Assembly (NCBI RefSeq): GCF_001194135.2
Contig: NC_068986.1
Coordinates: 68,709,950 to 68,773,949, forward strand
Direction of reading: 5' to 3'
Length of the DNA: 64,000 bases
Source: Octopus bimaculoides
Lineage: Eukaryota
Below, in pieces: positions 1 through 12,880 of the stretch (positions within the stretch are counted from its first letter, which is position 1; the number at the start of each line of letters is the position of its first letter). The notes under the pieces are model-generated. The model was not told the DNA's origin. It saw only the letters and a list, made by a program, of their open reading frames with translations, and did no database searches. The position numbers were made by a program, and so were the translations under genes.

Positions 1-152
1 TAACATGTGAGCCTCTTTGTAATCCTTAGGTTTGCGCAAAACAGTAGTCTACTCATGCTTAAATTTCACACTCTTCCATGTCAAGAGGAAGACACATTAA
101 ATAATCAAGTTGTAGATAGATGCATTATAGCTCCATTCCACATTATAGGTTC

Positions 153-351
153 TCTTTATTCTTTTACTTGTTTCAGTCATTTGACTGCAGCCATGCTGGA
201 GCACCGCCTTTAGTTGAACAAATCGACCCCAGGACTTATTCTTTGTAAGCCTAGTATTTATTCTATCAGTCTCTTTTGCCGAACCGCTAAGTTACGGAAA
301 CCTAAACACACCACCATTGGTTGTCAAGTGATGTTGGGGGGACAAACACAG

Positions 352-392
<41 letters not shown>

Positions 393-556
393 CGATGGGC
401 TTCTTTCAGTTTCCATCTACCAAATCCACTCACAAGGCTTTGGTTGGCCCGAGGCTATAGTAGAAGACACTTGCCCAAGGTGCCACGCAGTGGGACTGAA
501 TCCGGAACCATATGGTTGGTAAGCAAGCTACTTACCACACAGCCACTCCTGCGCCT
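153..556 (-). mobile_element. SINE family A, full copy (tRNA-like head, CORE-like segment, internal microsatellite, about 200-bp tail)
   Basis: Minus strand has A box TGGCTGTGTGGTAAG, B box-like GGTTCCGGATTCAGTCCC, CCTTGGGCAAGTGTC, then (TA)n(TG)n and a tail ending GACTGAAACAAGTAAAAGA. More than 20 homologous copies or fragments occur in the window. Confidence 0.85.
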
Positions 557-559
557 GTT

Positions 560-598
<39 letters not shown>

Positions 599-639
599 AG
601 AGAAATAGAAAAAACTTTAACTAGTTAAAAGTACTGGGA

Positions 640-2300
640 CATGGAATCCTCAAAGGAACAAATATTCAGTAATATTGAAAACCTAAATCTGCTTCTGAGA
701 AACAGCAGTGTTACTTGTCCAATACATGATTTTCCCCTCCACAATATTTTAAGGCCTTTAAGTGTTGTTAGTTATCGCACAAATGGCCAATTCAGGACTT
801 GCATTTCAGAACCTCTGTTTTTAGGTCAGAGCTACTTGATGTTTTCAAAATGGCCAGATGTTTTTTTTTTTTGTTCTGTCCAAGGTACATAAGTATTTTT
901 TGTTGTGGAGGGGAAGTCTGTTGCAGAAGAGTGTGAAGTCCTAACGTAGTTTGTAGTCTTGACCAGATACGTTGTGTAGATAGAGACTGTCTGAAATGTG
1001 GAGTTAGTGAGCTAGTAGATGAAGTGTTTGCTGATGCTAATGAAGATTCCATGATATCTTATTATCAGTGGGTGACTGGCAAAGATAAGCAAATGAGAAA
1101 GTTTTTGAAGGAATGTACAATTGCTGAGACAAAAGAAGATATTGTGGAGCAACTACAGCCATTCAGCAGACATATTTACAACATTAAGTGGTAGTTTGTA
1201 GAGCTTAAGGTCCTGAAAGAAAACCTGAAAACTGGTGAAGTGATCATTTAAGAAGCTTTTTCTGGAAATTTTCAACTGAAGCACCAGAAAGAAGTGATGG
1301 TAACTCACTGGTCCAGTGACATGGTCACTCTCTTCACTGCCATGGCTTATTTCAAGGGTGAGGAAGGTGAACTTGAGCATGCATTATATGCAGTTGTTTC
1401 TGATGAAATGAAGCACAGAAAGCACAGTGTCTATGCTTTCAACACAGCCATTATCACTGAAGCTAAGCAGTTAACCCAGGTCTCCAAAATACACTACTGG
1501 AGTGATGGTGCTGGCTCTCAGTTCAAAAACAAGTATACCCTGGCAAACTTGTTTTATCATGAGCATGACTTTGGTGCAGAAGCTTCATAGTCATTTTTTG
1601 AGACTGTACATAGAAAGGGACCCATGGATGATGTTGATGGCAAAGTCAAGTGTGCAGTTTGGTGATCTATTTTGCAAAAAAAAAAGAGGTGGTGATGAAT
1701 GCCAAAGCGTTCTATTGTGTGACCAAGATAGTGTGCAAAAAAATTCATACACTTTTTGTTCCACAATCTTCTATCAACAGCCACTCAGAGAAGTTGAAGC
1801 AAAGATGGACTGATTGCAGGGCAATCCCAAATATTCATACTATCCACTTTGTTGCAAAAGCCGGTGCTGGTTCAATCATCACTGCCAAGAATTCCCAATT
1901 CAAAGTCCAAGAATCATGCACAGAATTTACTTTGTCACCAACACTTGAGCAAACTAGATCAACCCCAACAGCACTAGCAGCTCCTGTAGACCCAGGTTCT
2001 TCCAATGGTATCACAGTGCATGTGGGGGCAGTACTATGCTGTTGACTATCTTCGCCAATTCTACATTGATACAGTCCTAGAACATGTCTCTGGTTGTATG
2101 ATTAAGTTCAAGTTTCTTCATAGATCTGTTGTTATTGGTATCAACACCTTTAAATGGCTCAGAAGGGATGATATTGACACTTGTCATACAAATAATGTGT
2201 TCCATCCAGTTGGTTGGCACTGAGCCTTTTACAGTTGTTGAGCTGGAAAACATCAAGAAAGCATTTGCTCTTCCCACAAAAAGCCACTTTGTCCTGACTG
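640..2300 (+). pseudogene. Degenerate DDD transposase, Sola2-like
   Basis: Broken frames give a Cys cluster (VVC..RC..RDCLKC), VII*EAFSGNF (DFSENF motif with D>A), HYWSDGAGSQFKN, HRKGPMDDVDGKVK (HGKGxxDGxGGxVK) and a C-terminal YYAVDY..KFLH..FKW segment. Multiple stops and frameshifts. The superfamily call comes from motif recall. Confidence 0.7.
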
Positions 2301-3202
2301 CGTTTCTTAAGGATATTTTAAAATATTCTGGCTTAAAAGGCAAAACTTATACCCCCTTTGATTTGCAATTTGATGATGAATGATTTTTGTAAACAGTCAG
2401 GCTTTGTATACAATTATATATTTATTATATATAACTATTCATAATTTTTTATATTTAATAACTATGCATTTTTTAGAGCTTGACAAAACTGAAAAGGAGC
2501 TAGAGTATGAGAGACATGCATTTGATCAGTATAATAACTCCATGTGCACAAAAAATTGAGACTGAGTGTTCTTAAATAATTAGTTATAATATTTTCATTT
2601 TAATTGGTGCACATTTGTATATATTTATTTTCTAGATTCCCATTTTATAGCTAAATGTAGGATTGCTCCAAACTTTGTGGAAATTTATGAAACTTTGCAC
2701 AGTTGAAACAAATTTGGAAATTAAAGTATATTATTGATACACTTGCAGTATAGATGTTCAATTTATAACAAGTTATTGAAGTGGACACATTTTCCCCTCT
2801 GCAACAGTATACTGTCCTACAAGGTGCTGTTCCACTCAGAAAACCTGAAAGAATGAGATTTCTTTCTGTTATCTTTTTGACAAAGATAAAATATTGTAAT
2901 TCAGCATTCAATTAGTTTTTGTATATTGTTTCAAGATTCAGAGAATTTTAAAAGTGAAATGAAAGCTTTAGAAAAGGGAAAATTTCTGTTCCCCTCCACA
3001 ATGGCACACATTTTGTATTCTACAACATCAAAAGATCGTCATATGAAAAAGTCACACAGTAGCACAGATGACTTTGTAAAAACTAGAATCTTCACTGCCC
3101 AAACAGACTCAAATGTCAAAATGTTAAGAAATTATCATGAGAAAAGCACTTCTGATTTTCCCCTCTGCAACATACAGAATACTGTGGAATGTACCTACAT
3201 TG

Positions 3203-3374
3203 GTTTCAAATTTTGGTACAAGGCCATCAATTTCGGTGGGGTAAGTTGATTACATCAACCCCAGTGATCAAATGGTACTTATTTTATCGACCCTGGAAGG
3301 ATGAAAGGCAAAGTCAACCTCAGTGGATTTTGAACTCAGAACATAATGACAGATGAAATGCCGCTAAGCATTTT
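3203..3374 (-). mobile_element. SINE family B, degenerate fragment
   Basis: Homologous to 6182-6413 (GGATGAAAGGCAAAGTC..CTC..GAACTCAGAAC on +). Confidence 0.75.
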
Positions 3375-4167
3375 GAAAGTGAGATGGAAAATTGTGGCTG
3401 AAGAGCTTTTGATCATAGGTCTGTTCCATCAGGATTGAATAACAACAACAACAACAACAAACAAACAACCACAAATGAAACAAGGATGAATCCTTGCTTC
3501 ATTTTAAATAAGAACAATACAATACTTTTAGGAAGTTAAGTATATTAATGGAATTGACCTCAATAAATTACTGCCACATATTTTATTGCTTTATAAAGTA
3601 CAAAAGGCTATGCCACACTTAGTGAGATTTTCAGCTTAGAACATCAAATAATGAAAGTAAACACTGTAAAGATGTTCAGTCTGTTTCTGTAAACTCACCA
3701 TCCTTGCCATATAATACTTTCTATTGACTAAACACACACAAAGCTCTGTAACAGACAAGTGAAAAGGGGTATTGTGAAGTTCATATATTTACTCTAGAAC
3801 ATTAACAATATAGTGAAGTAAAATGCTACAAATATTTACAACTGGGTTAACACACTAGCTGAAATCAATAAAAGGTGATGAGCCAACAAAGGACGGTCTA
3901 TGTGGCTGCTCAACTCGTTGGGAAAGTAGCCAAATCTCCCTCAAATCACCCTTGGTCATTTTTAAAATAAAGATGAACACATTGCATAGTTTTGACCTAG
4001 ACACAATACTCACAGGAAGTGGTGGGAGGGGGTGTTGATGGTCATTACTAAAAGATGTTTAATCATTGGTCACCTCAATCAGAATTGGTCTGGGACTAAA
4101 CAATATAGATAAAAGGATTTTTTTTAAACCATCTTCAAAATGTTATTAATATAAATATCAGTACTGA

Positions 4168-4475
4168 GTCAGTGAGCTGGCAGAGTCATTAGCACATTGG
4201 GAAAAATGCTTAGCAGCATTTTGTCCATCTTTACGTTCTTATGTTCAAATTCCACCAAGGTCCACTTTGCCTTTTATCCTTCAGGGATTGATAAAAGGCA
4301 TGTGTGTGTTTTGTCCCTTCACCCTAATGCTTGACAACCAATGTTGGTTTATTGACATCCTGAAAATTTAACAGTTCAGCAAAAAGACCAATAGAATAAG
4401 TACTGGGGTCAATTTGTTCAACTAAACCCTTCAAGGCAATACTCTAGCATGGCTGCAGTCCAATGACTAAAACAA
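4168..4475 (+). mobile_element. Chimeric SINE: family B head joined to a family A tail
   Basis: GAGCTGGCAG..TTAGCAC..CTTTGCCTTTTATCC is followed by (TG)n and the family A tail (CTTGACAACC..CAGTCCAATGACT). Confidence 0.65.
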
Positions 4476-4659
4476 CACACACATACACATATATATCTCT
4501 TCTAGGGTCTTGATATTCTTTATTCCTCCAGGATTCACAAAGTAAGCATCAGGAAGATGCTAAGATGGGTTACTTTGATCAGTAGTTCCTAAATGGTAGA
4601 CTAGTGTACTGTAGATGGCTTAAATCCACACCAATGCTTGAATAATTTGAAATATGCAT

Positions 4660-4858
4660 TCTTTTATCTTTGCTTGTTTCACTCATTCGACTGTAGCCAT
4701 GCTGGGCAAGCCTTGAAGGGATTAAGTTGAATAGATCAATCCCAGTTCTTGTATTTAAGCCTCATACTTATTCTATCAGTCTCATTTTGTTGCTAAGTTA
4801 TGGGGATGTAAACAAACAAACACCAATTAAATGGTGATAGGGAACAAACACATGCACG

Positions 4859-4903
<45 letters not shown>

Positions 4904-5010
4904 GCTTTTTCGATTATCCATTACCAAATCCACTCAGAAGGCTTTGGTTAGCCCAAGGCTACAGCAGTTTCCACACAATGGGACTGACCCTGACAGCATG
5001 TTATTGAAAA
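4660..5010 (-). mobile_element. SINE family A, diverged
   Basis: Tail, (TA)n and head are homologous to 153-556. Confidence 0.75.
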
Positions 5011-5663
5011 CAAAACAAGCAATACTTTTGATACTTTTTTTTAATACATTTTAACATTAAGAATAGGCTTGGCTTTTGTTATAAACTTTCCAAAGAAAAG
5101 TGCATCAGTAATTTTTTATTTGATCTCCAGGGTGTTACAAAACCAAAGAAAGTCAAGAACCACCAGACTAGATTTTCATGTTATTTTCCCTTAAAAAATT
5201 TTTGTCTCCAACATTGTCAAATTGGTTGTAAAAGAATGGTCCATTGACAGAATGGTACAAACAATATTCTCACAACACACAAATATACTATTATGTTATG
5301 TATGTTTATTTGTATATATGTCAGCGCTTGTATATTTTAGTATTGTTATTAGCATGGTAACATCACTGTCTTTGAATTTCTTTATATATTCATGGCAGTT
5401 ATGCTTAATTACCTCCAGGCATTCCTTGGTTTGTAAAGTTAACATCAGATTTCTGATAGAATATGAAGAGATCATTACAAGTCTGGCCATTTTTCTAAGT
5501 ACATAATCTTCTTAAGAATGTGGGTACCCTCTATAAAAATCATTTTATGCAGTTCTCTATTTGACGAAGTTCCTAATAGGATAGTTATTGTGACCTATTT
5601 TCCCTCTATTCAGTCACACTAGGACTGCTACCACTAAGAGGACCACTGTTATGTATACTTTTA

Positions 5664-5965
5664 TTCTTTTTTTTACTTGTCTCAGTCGACTGTGGCCATG
5701 CTGGAGCACTGCCATAAAGGGTTTTTTAGTCAATGAAATCAACTCCAGGACTTATTCTTTGCAAGCCTAATATTTATTCTATTGGTCTCTTTTGCTGAAC
5801 TGCTAAGACATGGGGACGTAAACACACCAACATTGGTTATCAAGCAAAGGTGAGGGAACACACACAAACACAAAGACATACGTACATAAATCATATTACT
5901 TTTTCATTGTGATACTAATAAATTTAACCAAGTATCCAATATATATTTTTCTTCATTTTCTTTTA

Positions 5966-6002
<37 letters not shown>

Positions 6003-6449
6003 CTTCTTCATTTTCTTTTATTAATTATATATATATAAATGACGGGCTTCTTTCAGTGTCTATCCACCAAATCCACTCACAATGTTTTGGTTGTCCCGAG
6101 ACTATAGTAGAAGACACTTCCCTAAGGTGCCATGCAGTTGGACTGAAATCAGAACCATGTGATTGGGAAGCAAGCTTCTTATTTCTTTATTGCCCACAAG
6201 GGGCTAAACATAGAGGGGACAAACAAGGACAGACAAAGAGATTAAGTCGATTACATCGACCCCAGTGCGTAACTGGTACTTAATTTATCGACTCCCAAAG
6301 GATGAAAGGCAAAGTCGACCTCGGCGGAATTTGAACTCAGAACGTAACGGCAGACGAAATACCTCTAAGCATTTCACCCGGCGTGCTAACGTTTCTGCCA
6401 GCTCGCCGCCTTCCAAGCTTCTTACCACACAACCACACCTGCATCTTTT
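5664..6449 (-). mobile_element. SINE family A with expanded internal spacer, interrupted by a family B copy
   Basis: Tail 5664-5875 and head 6041-6449, the head split at 6182-6413. Confidence 0.75.
6182..6413 (-). mobile_element. SINE family B, young full copy with 11-bp TSD
   Basis: Head GGCGGCGAGCTGGCAGAAACGTTAGC..GAGTTCAAATTCC, CpGs retained, tail GCAATAAAGAAAT. TSD CAAGCTTCTTA at 6171-6181 and 6414-6424. Confidence 0.9.
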
Positions 6450-7560
6450 TGTATTCAGGTAATTTTAGTCTCTTTCCGAAATTGACATATGTTTTCAATG
6501 GAACATATATTAATCTCATAATCCTTCATGACTATGTGAAACTGGAATCAATGAGTACCAAGCATACACAGGAGTTGACTCAACAAGCTGTATACTTTTC
6601 TGCCAAAATGTGTGGCTTTTTGCTAACATTATACCTCATTATTTCACTCGTCTTTAACGTGATGTATATAGTCGAGACATACTACTGATTTAGAGAATTG
6701 TAATATTTCATTTATTCCAAATACAGACTCTGTTGCATCAACTTCAAGTCTTTCAGCCTGATAGTGCTGATAAATAAGCGACTGGTTATTTATTAATAAA
6801 GTAAGCACCAATTATATAATTAAAATATCAAAGACACAGAAACCCCAAAGCTACAAACTTCATAATACAATACCAACTATTTCGGAATATAAATAATTGA
6901 AGCTGGTTTTTAAACTGAACAACTGATACATATAACTTATAATTAGGGAAACTGGAAAAAGTTAGTGCAAATATTATTCGCTTGAAGAAAGTGCCAAAAC
7001 ATCAAGATTCTAATTAGGATACTAATGGAATAATAAATAAGAAATCAAAGAAAAAACTTTAACATGCAAACAGAGACTTCTTCAACAGAAAAACAAAACT
7101 AAAAAAAATCAATAAAGCTGTCCTAAGATTACTCATTTGAAATTGTCTTCTATCTAAATAAATTACTATATGACTAGGAAAAGACACATTAATTATATCC
7201 AGACATTCTGTGAACAGATATCATAACTCTCTAGTTCTTAACATTTCTGTTATACCTTCTCCTTAGGCTATAAAAAAGATTTTATTTCTTTCTGTGTATA
7301 ATACAATTTTTGACAGGGAATGAAAAGATAATGCACTGTGGTGATTACTAATGGCTCACAATGCACACATTTCATTGTGTTTCTGAGCAGAAAGTTTAAT
7401 TCTACATTGCTTCAGTTCACCAAACAAACAGCATCAATATTAGAATTTTTCAACCAAGTTATGATAAACTAACATCTAGACAAAAGTAGTTTGCTTTGTC
7501 ATTCAGAGAAACCAAAATTGAGAGCTGGTCCTTGAATGCATGCAATCCTTTGAAGAATTA

Positions 7561-7756
7561 CCATATTTTCGGGCATACAAGATAGCATAGTATATAGCAT
7601 AAATATGTAGTGTAAACATTGAAACATCATCACTATCTTTTCAGATCCAGCAGTATTTCACATGGAATCTTTGGTCCTACAAAGTTGTCTTGATGTGTAA
7701 GTCAACCTTCCATTTTTTAGTCTGAAAAATTGGACTTTATACGCCAGAAAATATAG
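7561..7756. mobile_element. pogo/Tigger-type MITE
   Basis: TA|CCATATTTTCGGGCATACAAG ... CTTTATACGCCAGAAAATATAG|TA: imperfect TIRs with TA flanks. Confidence 0.65.
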
Positions 7757-7970
7757 TATGAGGATTAAGATAAAGAACCAAGCAAATACACTACAGATGA
7801 TTTTGCAGCTTTAAATTTGTATTGCTTTTTTTACTTAATTTGTTTTTCCCATTCCCAACTGGAATCAGTTTTGTTTCTCATTAAATTTAGTTTTTCACCA
7901 TATTTCTATCCTTCTATGAAAACTAGTGCACTAGTAAGAGCTCAATTTGGGAACTGCTTATAGCACTAAA

Positions 7971-8004
<34 letters not shown>

Positions 8005-9036
8005 GCATATATGGGTACAGGACATCAAAAAAACATCAACAAAATGAGAAACAAGAACATAAAAAACAAAAACATAGAAAACAAACTCTTTTCGAACAAC
8101 AAAAGAAACAAATAGAGAAACGAGACAGGCAACATAAAGAACATTCCCTTCATCAGCTGTCCCCTGTTTTATCTACTCCGCGTTTCGAAGGTAGGGACAA
8201 GACGCGACTTTGTTAAAACAGTCCTTCTTGCAAAGCAAATTAAATAAAATTTGGGATTTTTTGTGGAGGGTTAAAGTGGTAACAAAAACAGGACAGTAAG
8301 AGCAAAACAGTAAAAATCAAACGGTGAGGGCTGTTAAGCTAAGACGATGTGAAGTGGTAAACACTGGTCACGTGATCGAACGCCATGCATCCATTTTCAA
8401 GTAAGTTTTATCTTTATAATTCCGATGCGCACTCTATCCCTCTCTATTCTTTCTATGTATCTCCCTCTCTTGTTCTTCTTCCTTTCTGTTTTTCTCTCCC
8501 ACCCTTTCTCTATTCTTCTCTCCACATCACCGTTCCCTCTCTCTCTCTCACTCTTCCTCCTTGACTCTCTTGTTGCTCACACGTGACCAACGGCTATCCA
8601 TCTTTCTTTCTTCCACTTCTTCCTAAAGACAAGACATGCTTTTGCCTTTCTCTTCTCAAAGCTTGTTTTTCCAGCATTCACCACTTCATCTCCTCTTTGC
8701 TTAACAGCCCTCATCATTTGTTTTTATTGTTTTGTTCTCACTGTCCTGTTTTTGTTACCACTTTAACCCTCCGCAAAAAATCCCAAATTTTATTTAATTT
8801 GCTTTGCAGGAAGAACTGTTTTAACAAAGTCGCGTCTTGTCCCTACCTTCGAAATGCGGAGTAGATAAAACAGGGGACAGCAAATGAAGGGAATGTTCTT
8901 TATGTTGCCTGTCTCGTTGCTCTATTTATTTATTTCGTTGTTCGAAAAAAAAGTTTGTTTTCTATGTTTTTGTTTTTTACATTCTCGTTTCTCATTTTGT
9001 TGACGTTTTTTTTTTATGTCCTGTACCTATATATGC
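8005..9036. repeat. Long inverted repeat (about 365-bp arms, 300-bp spacer) of a Penelope-pLTR-like repeat family
   Basis: 8005-8367 is the reverse complement of 8672-9036 with scattered mismatches. Relatives lie at 24970-25420 and 56357-57170. The PLE assignment is an inference because no RT or GIY-YIG coding is present. Confidence 0.8.
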
Positions 9037-10073
9037 CTGTATATATACATATATATGTAGGTATGTACANNNNNNNNNNNNNNNNNNNNNNNNNNNNNNN
9101 NNNNNNNNNNNNNNNNNNNNNNNNNNNNNNNNNNNNNNNNNNNNNNNNNNNNNNNNNNNNNNNNNNNNNNNNNNNNNNNNNNNNNNNNNNNNNNNNNNNN
9201 NNTATATATGTTTTAGCATGAGATGGACAGTTTGATAGGTGCTAGTAAGCCAGAGAACTGCACCAAGTTCTAATGTTAGCTGTTTCATGGTTTCTATGGC
9301 TGGGTGCATTTCCTAATACCAACCAGTTTAAGAGTGAACTGGATGCCATTCCCACAACCACTGCTTGATAACCAATGTTGATTCATTTGTGTCCCAGTAA
9401 CTCAGCAGTTCAGTAAACAAGATAGAATAAGTATCAAACTTAAAAATAAGTAATGGGATTGATATATTCAATTAAACTCTTCGGGGGGGTCTGATATGGC
9501 CACAATCCAATGACTAAAAACAGTACAAAAAGAAAAGAAAAAAATAAGATAACAGAAAACTGTAATAAATCAGCTGGTGGCTTAAGCATTCCACCATAAC
9601 AAAATTTCAATGAAAGAATCTGCAGAATGTTGGCATTCTATATATTCTCTTATAGATATTTCCCTAGGTAATTATCTCAGATAAATTTAGATAAAATTCT
9701 AGAAAGTTATGTTCGGTATTTCTAATTCCAATTTAATTAAAACCTAGAGACAATTTTAATGAGAGAAAATTAATTTAAGTTTTAGGAAACGAAATGGTTC
9801 TCTGATCTAACTGTTATTGAGCTTTCACATCAAAGTCATCTTTCGAATGATTGGTCATTTAATATTTACCTTTTGAGGACAATGAAGCCTTTGTTGAGTC
9901 ATCTCACTAGAGTTTTCCTTCTAAGTTACGCATGTCTACATGTTTATGTACTAAACAAGCAGCAGTGAAAAGTAATTAGTCTGCACACAATTACTTTTAA
10001 CGCTTAATGCCTATGCATTCTTATTGTTTTGAATGAATCATGCATTATCTTCTAGATTTCAATGATGTGGCTT

Positions 10074-10304
10074 TCTTTTACTTGTTTCAGTCATTTGACT
10101 GCAGCCAAACTGGAGCACCACCTTAAAGAGTTTTAGTCACAGAAATCAACCCCAAGACTTATTCTTTGTAAGCCTAGTACCTATTATATCGGTCTGTTTT
10201 GCTAAGTTATGCTGACATAAACACATCAGCATCAGTTATCAAACAATAACGGGTACAAACACAGACACACGCATATATGTACATATATACACACACACAT
10301 GTAT

Positions 10305-10358
<54 letters not shown>

Positions 10359-10512
10359 GGCTTCTTTCAGTTTCTGTCAACCTAATCCACTCACAAGGCT
10401 TTGGTTGCCCTGAGGCTATAGAAGAAGACACTTGCCTAAGGTGCTATGCAGTAGGACTGAACCTGGAACCATGTGGTTGGGAAGCAAGCTTCTTACCACA
10501 TAGCCATGCCTG
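10074..10512 (-). mobile_element. SINE family A, full copy
   Basis: Tail, (TG/TA)n and head are all homologous to 153-556. Confidence 0.85.
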
Positions 10513-12045
10513 TTCATTTTTAGAATGACATTGTGTAAGAGGCTGCATCTGGCCATTGTGTATAAAGCAGGTATAATATTTGGGGCAGATATGGCTGATT
10601 TAAATGCTAAAGGGTTAAAACAAGTCATTTGTCTAAATGGATTATTTCTTTATAACAGACCATTCGTTTACAACATTTATGTAAATAGGTCATATGTTTA
10701 AAAGAGATGCATTCTTTTTTTTTTATGTTGGCTTAATGCCGAAAATAACCAAAATTTAGTCATTTTCAGGATTAAATATACTTTATGAAATAAAACTGTC
10801 ATTATATTTTCAGGTTCACAATCACTCCACAGTTCAGTGCACATATCTTTTGTTACTAAAAAAATATCTGACATTTTGATATTTTTGTATACATTGATAC
10901 ATAGCCCATTAAAACTTGACTTCTAGTAATGTTCCATTCACAGATAACATGATGAATTATTGTGAAGAACACTATTTTAAACTTCAGCCCAATTACATTT
11001 GTGTATTTATTCAGTTCTGATGCTATAAAATTGGCTACAAAATTTTTGATACAAGAAATATATATACATATATATATTTTCCTCTTGTTGCAATTTTGAA
11101 CAGAACCCTTCCAATCATTTCTCAGAAACAATTTCTCTACTCAGTACCAGGTCACATGTCATAGAAACAGGTGCACAATAACTGTGCTTCAGAAATTCTT
11201 GAACTAAAATGAAAAAAATCTTTAATTTTTGCAGTACTTAATTTAATATCTAAAACTTATTGCTTATGTATGCTAAGTTAGTGACCACACTGTCATAAAT
11301 TGAAAATCTTACTACTACAGATTACTTGACTGACAAGCAGATTCTAATCTTAATAGGCGAGCAGTTAGTGTAGGTAGGAAAGGTGTCCAACTTAGAGGTA
11401 AATAGAAGCCGGTTTACTTTTTTAATTCTGAAAACTATTATACCTAAGTTATCATTAAAAAAGAAATGGATGTAAGATTGTATAAAAAGACAAACCCAAG
11501 AGACATACCTCTAATAATACACTTTGAAGTAGAACAATTGTCTAGTGCCACTTATGAAGTCATAGACAAACTTCAAATAAATATATCTCAAGCACAATCA
11601 TTTCAAAGAATGGCAGTCAGAATCTGTTTCCATTTCAATGTTACAACAATGAAGATATAACCTATAAGCCAAGGTAACTACAAAGATTAGCAAGGTTTTG
11701 ACAATTTAATGTTCAATTTTTATCCAAGTTTATATGTATTACATGGGTATGCAAATTTGGATGTTTGTACCAGCTGTTAATCAACTATAAACTGTTTATA
11801 AGTACCATTCATTCAAACAAAACAGAACATATATATCATCTACATCTGAATAGCCTGAGCTATGTAGAACAATAAAAGTTGAGCTAAGGCTAAATGAACA
11901 ACCAGTGGTAACATTTGAATTAATATTCTCCATATAAATTCAATATTGAAAAAAAGAAAAATTTTATATGTTACTTATGTTCATATAATTCAAAGATCAC
12001 TTGAAAATACTAAACAACCATATGATGATGTATGTATCTATTTAA

Positions 12046-12262
12046 TCTTTTAGCATTTAAACCAGCCATATCTGGCCCAAATATTTTATCTGCTTTAAGT
12101 TCAAACTAACTAGATTTAGCCTTCTCACACCTACCCTACAATGTCATTCTAAAAATAAACAATCACGTCATCAAAATTTCAATTATGAGATAAGCTATGA
12201 TAAATTCAAAACAATGTGAATAAATAAGCTTTACATTGAACAGTAATCTAAATGCTAATGGG
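12046..12262. mobile_element. piggyBac-type MITE (TTAA TSD)
   Basis: TTAA|TCTTTTAGCATTTA ... TAAATGCTAATGGG|TTAA. Same family as 31564-31779, with a partial copy near 10515-10615. Confidence 0.7.
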
Positions 12263-12513
12263 TTAAATGAGACATAACTTCATTACTTTCATTTTTTAAA
12301 TGCAATTTTCTTTGTAACCAACAACATTAACCAACAGCAGGTTAATAGACTTTGTACCTGGTCACAAAATATGTAATCTATTTATATGTAAAACTAATTG
12401 CATAGACCATATACAATTTTATCATAGAACATCTCAATCTAGAGCACTTATAAAAGTGTATATATGTATGTATTAATTTTTGTTTTAATTTATGTAAGAG
12501 AAAAAATATGTAA

Positions 12514-12800
12514 TCTATGTATATAAAGATGAGAATGTGTGTCTGTCTGTGTGAGTCACTAAAACTTGAGAACTACACAACCAATTTCATTCAAATTTTG
12601 CACATGCCTTACTTAGGGTCCATGTAGTGTCATAGGCCCAAAAAATTTTAACTTCTGGCCTAGTGCAAGCCCAGAGCAATATCATATCTTCTCCACTATT
12701 TCAGTATTATGTGTCAAAAGTGAAACAATAACATCTCTCTATTGTAATGTCAGATATTTTCATTTTAATAGTTTCACTTTAATACTGAAACAATTAAAGT
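12514..12800 (+). mobile_element. Helitron-like non-autonomous element, 5' part
   Basis: A|TCTATGTATATAAAGATGAG..GTCTGTCTG..AACTACACAACCAATTTCATTCAAATTTTG head, typical of non-autonomous Helitron/DINE-like repeats. No 3' end seen. Confidence 0.45.
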
Positions 12801-12833
12801 GAAACTATTATCTCACATATATACAGGCATACA

Positions 12834-12880
<47 letters not shown>

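Noticed and set aside
214-522. Recurrent short ORFs with similar peptides (LILCKPS.YSI.LFC, IHSQGFG.PEAIVEDTC)
   Set aside because: They are translations of family A SINE copies, not a gene family.
9870-11667. Further minus-strand exon candidates (9870-9920, about 11140-11200, about 11600-11667)
   Set aside because: The peptides are unrecognisable, the splice sites are partly weak and they cannot be chained into a coherent ORF.
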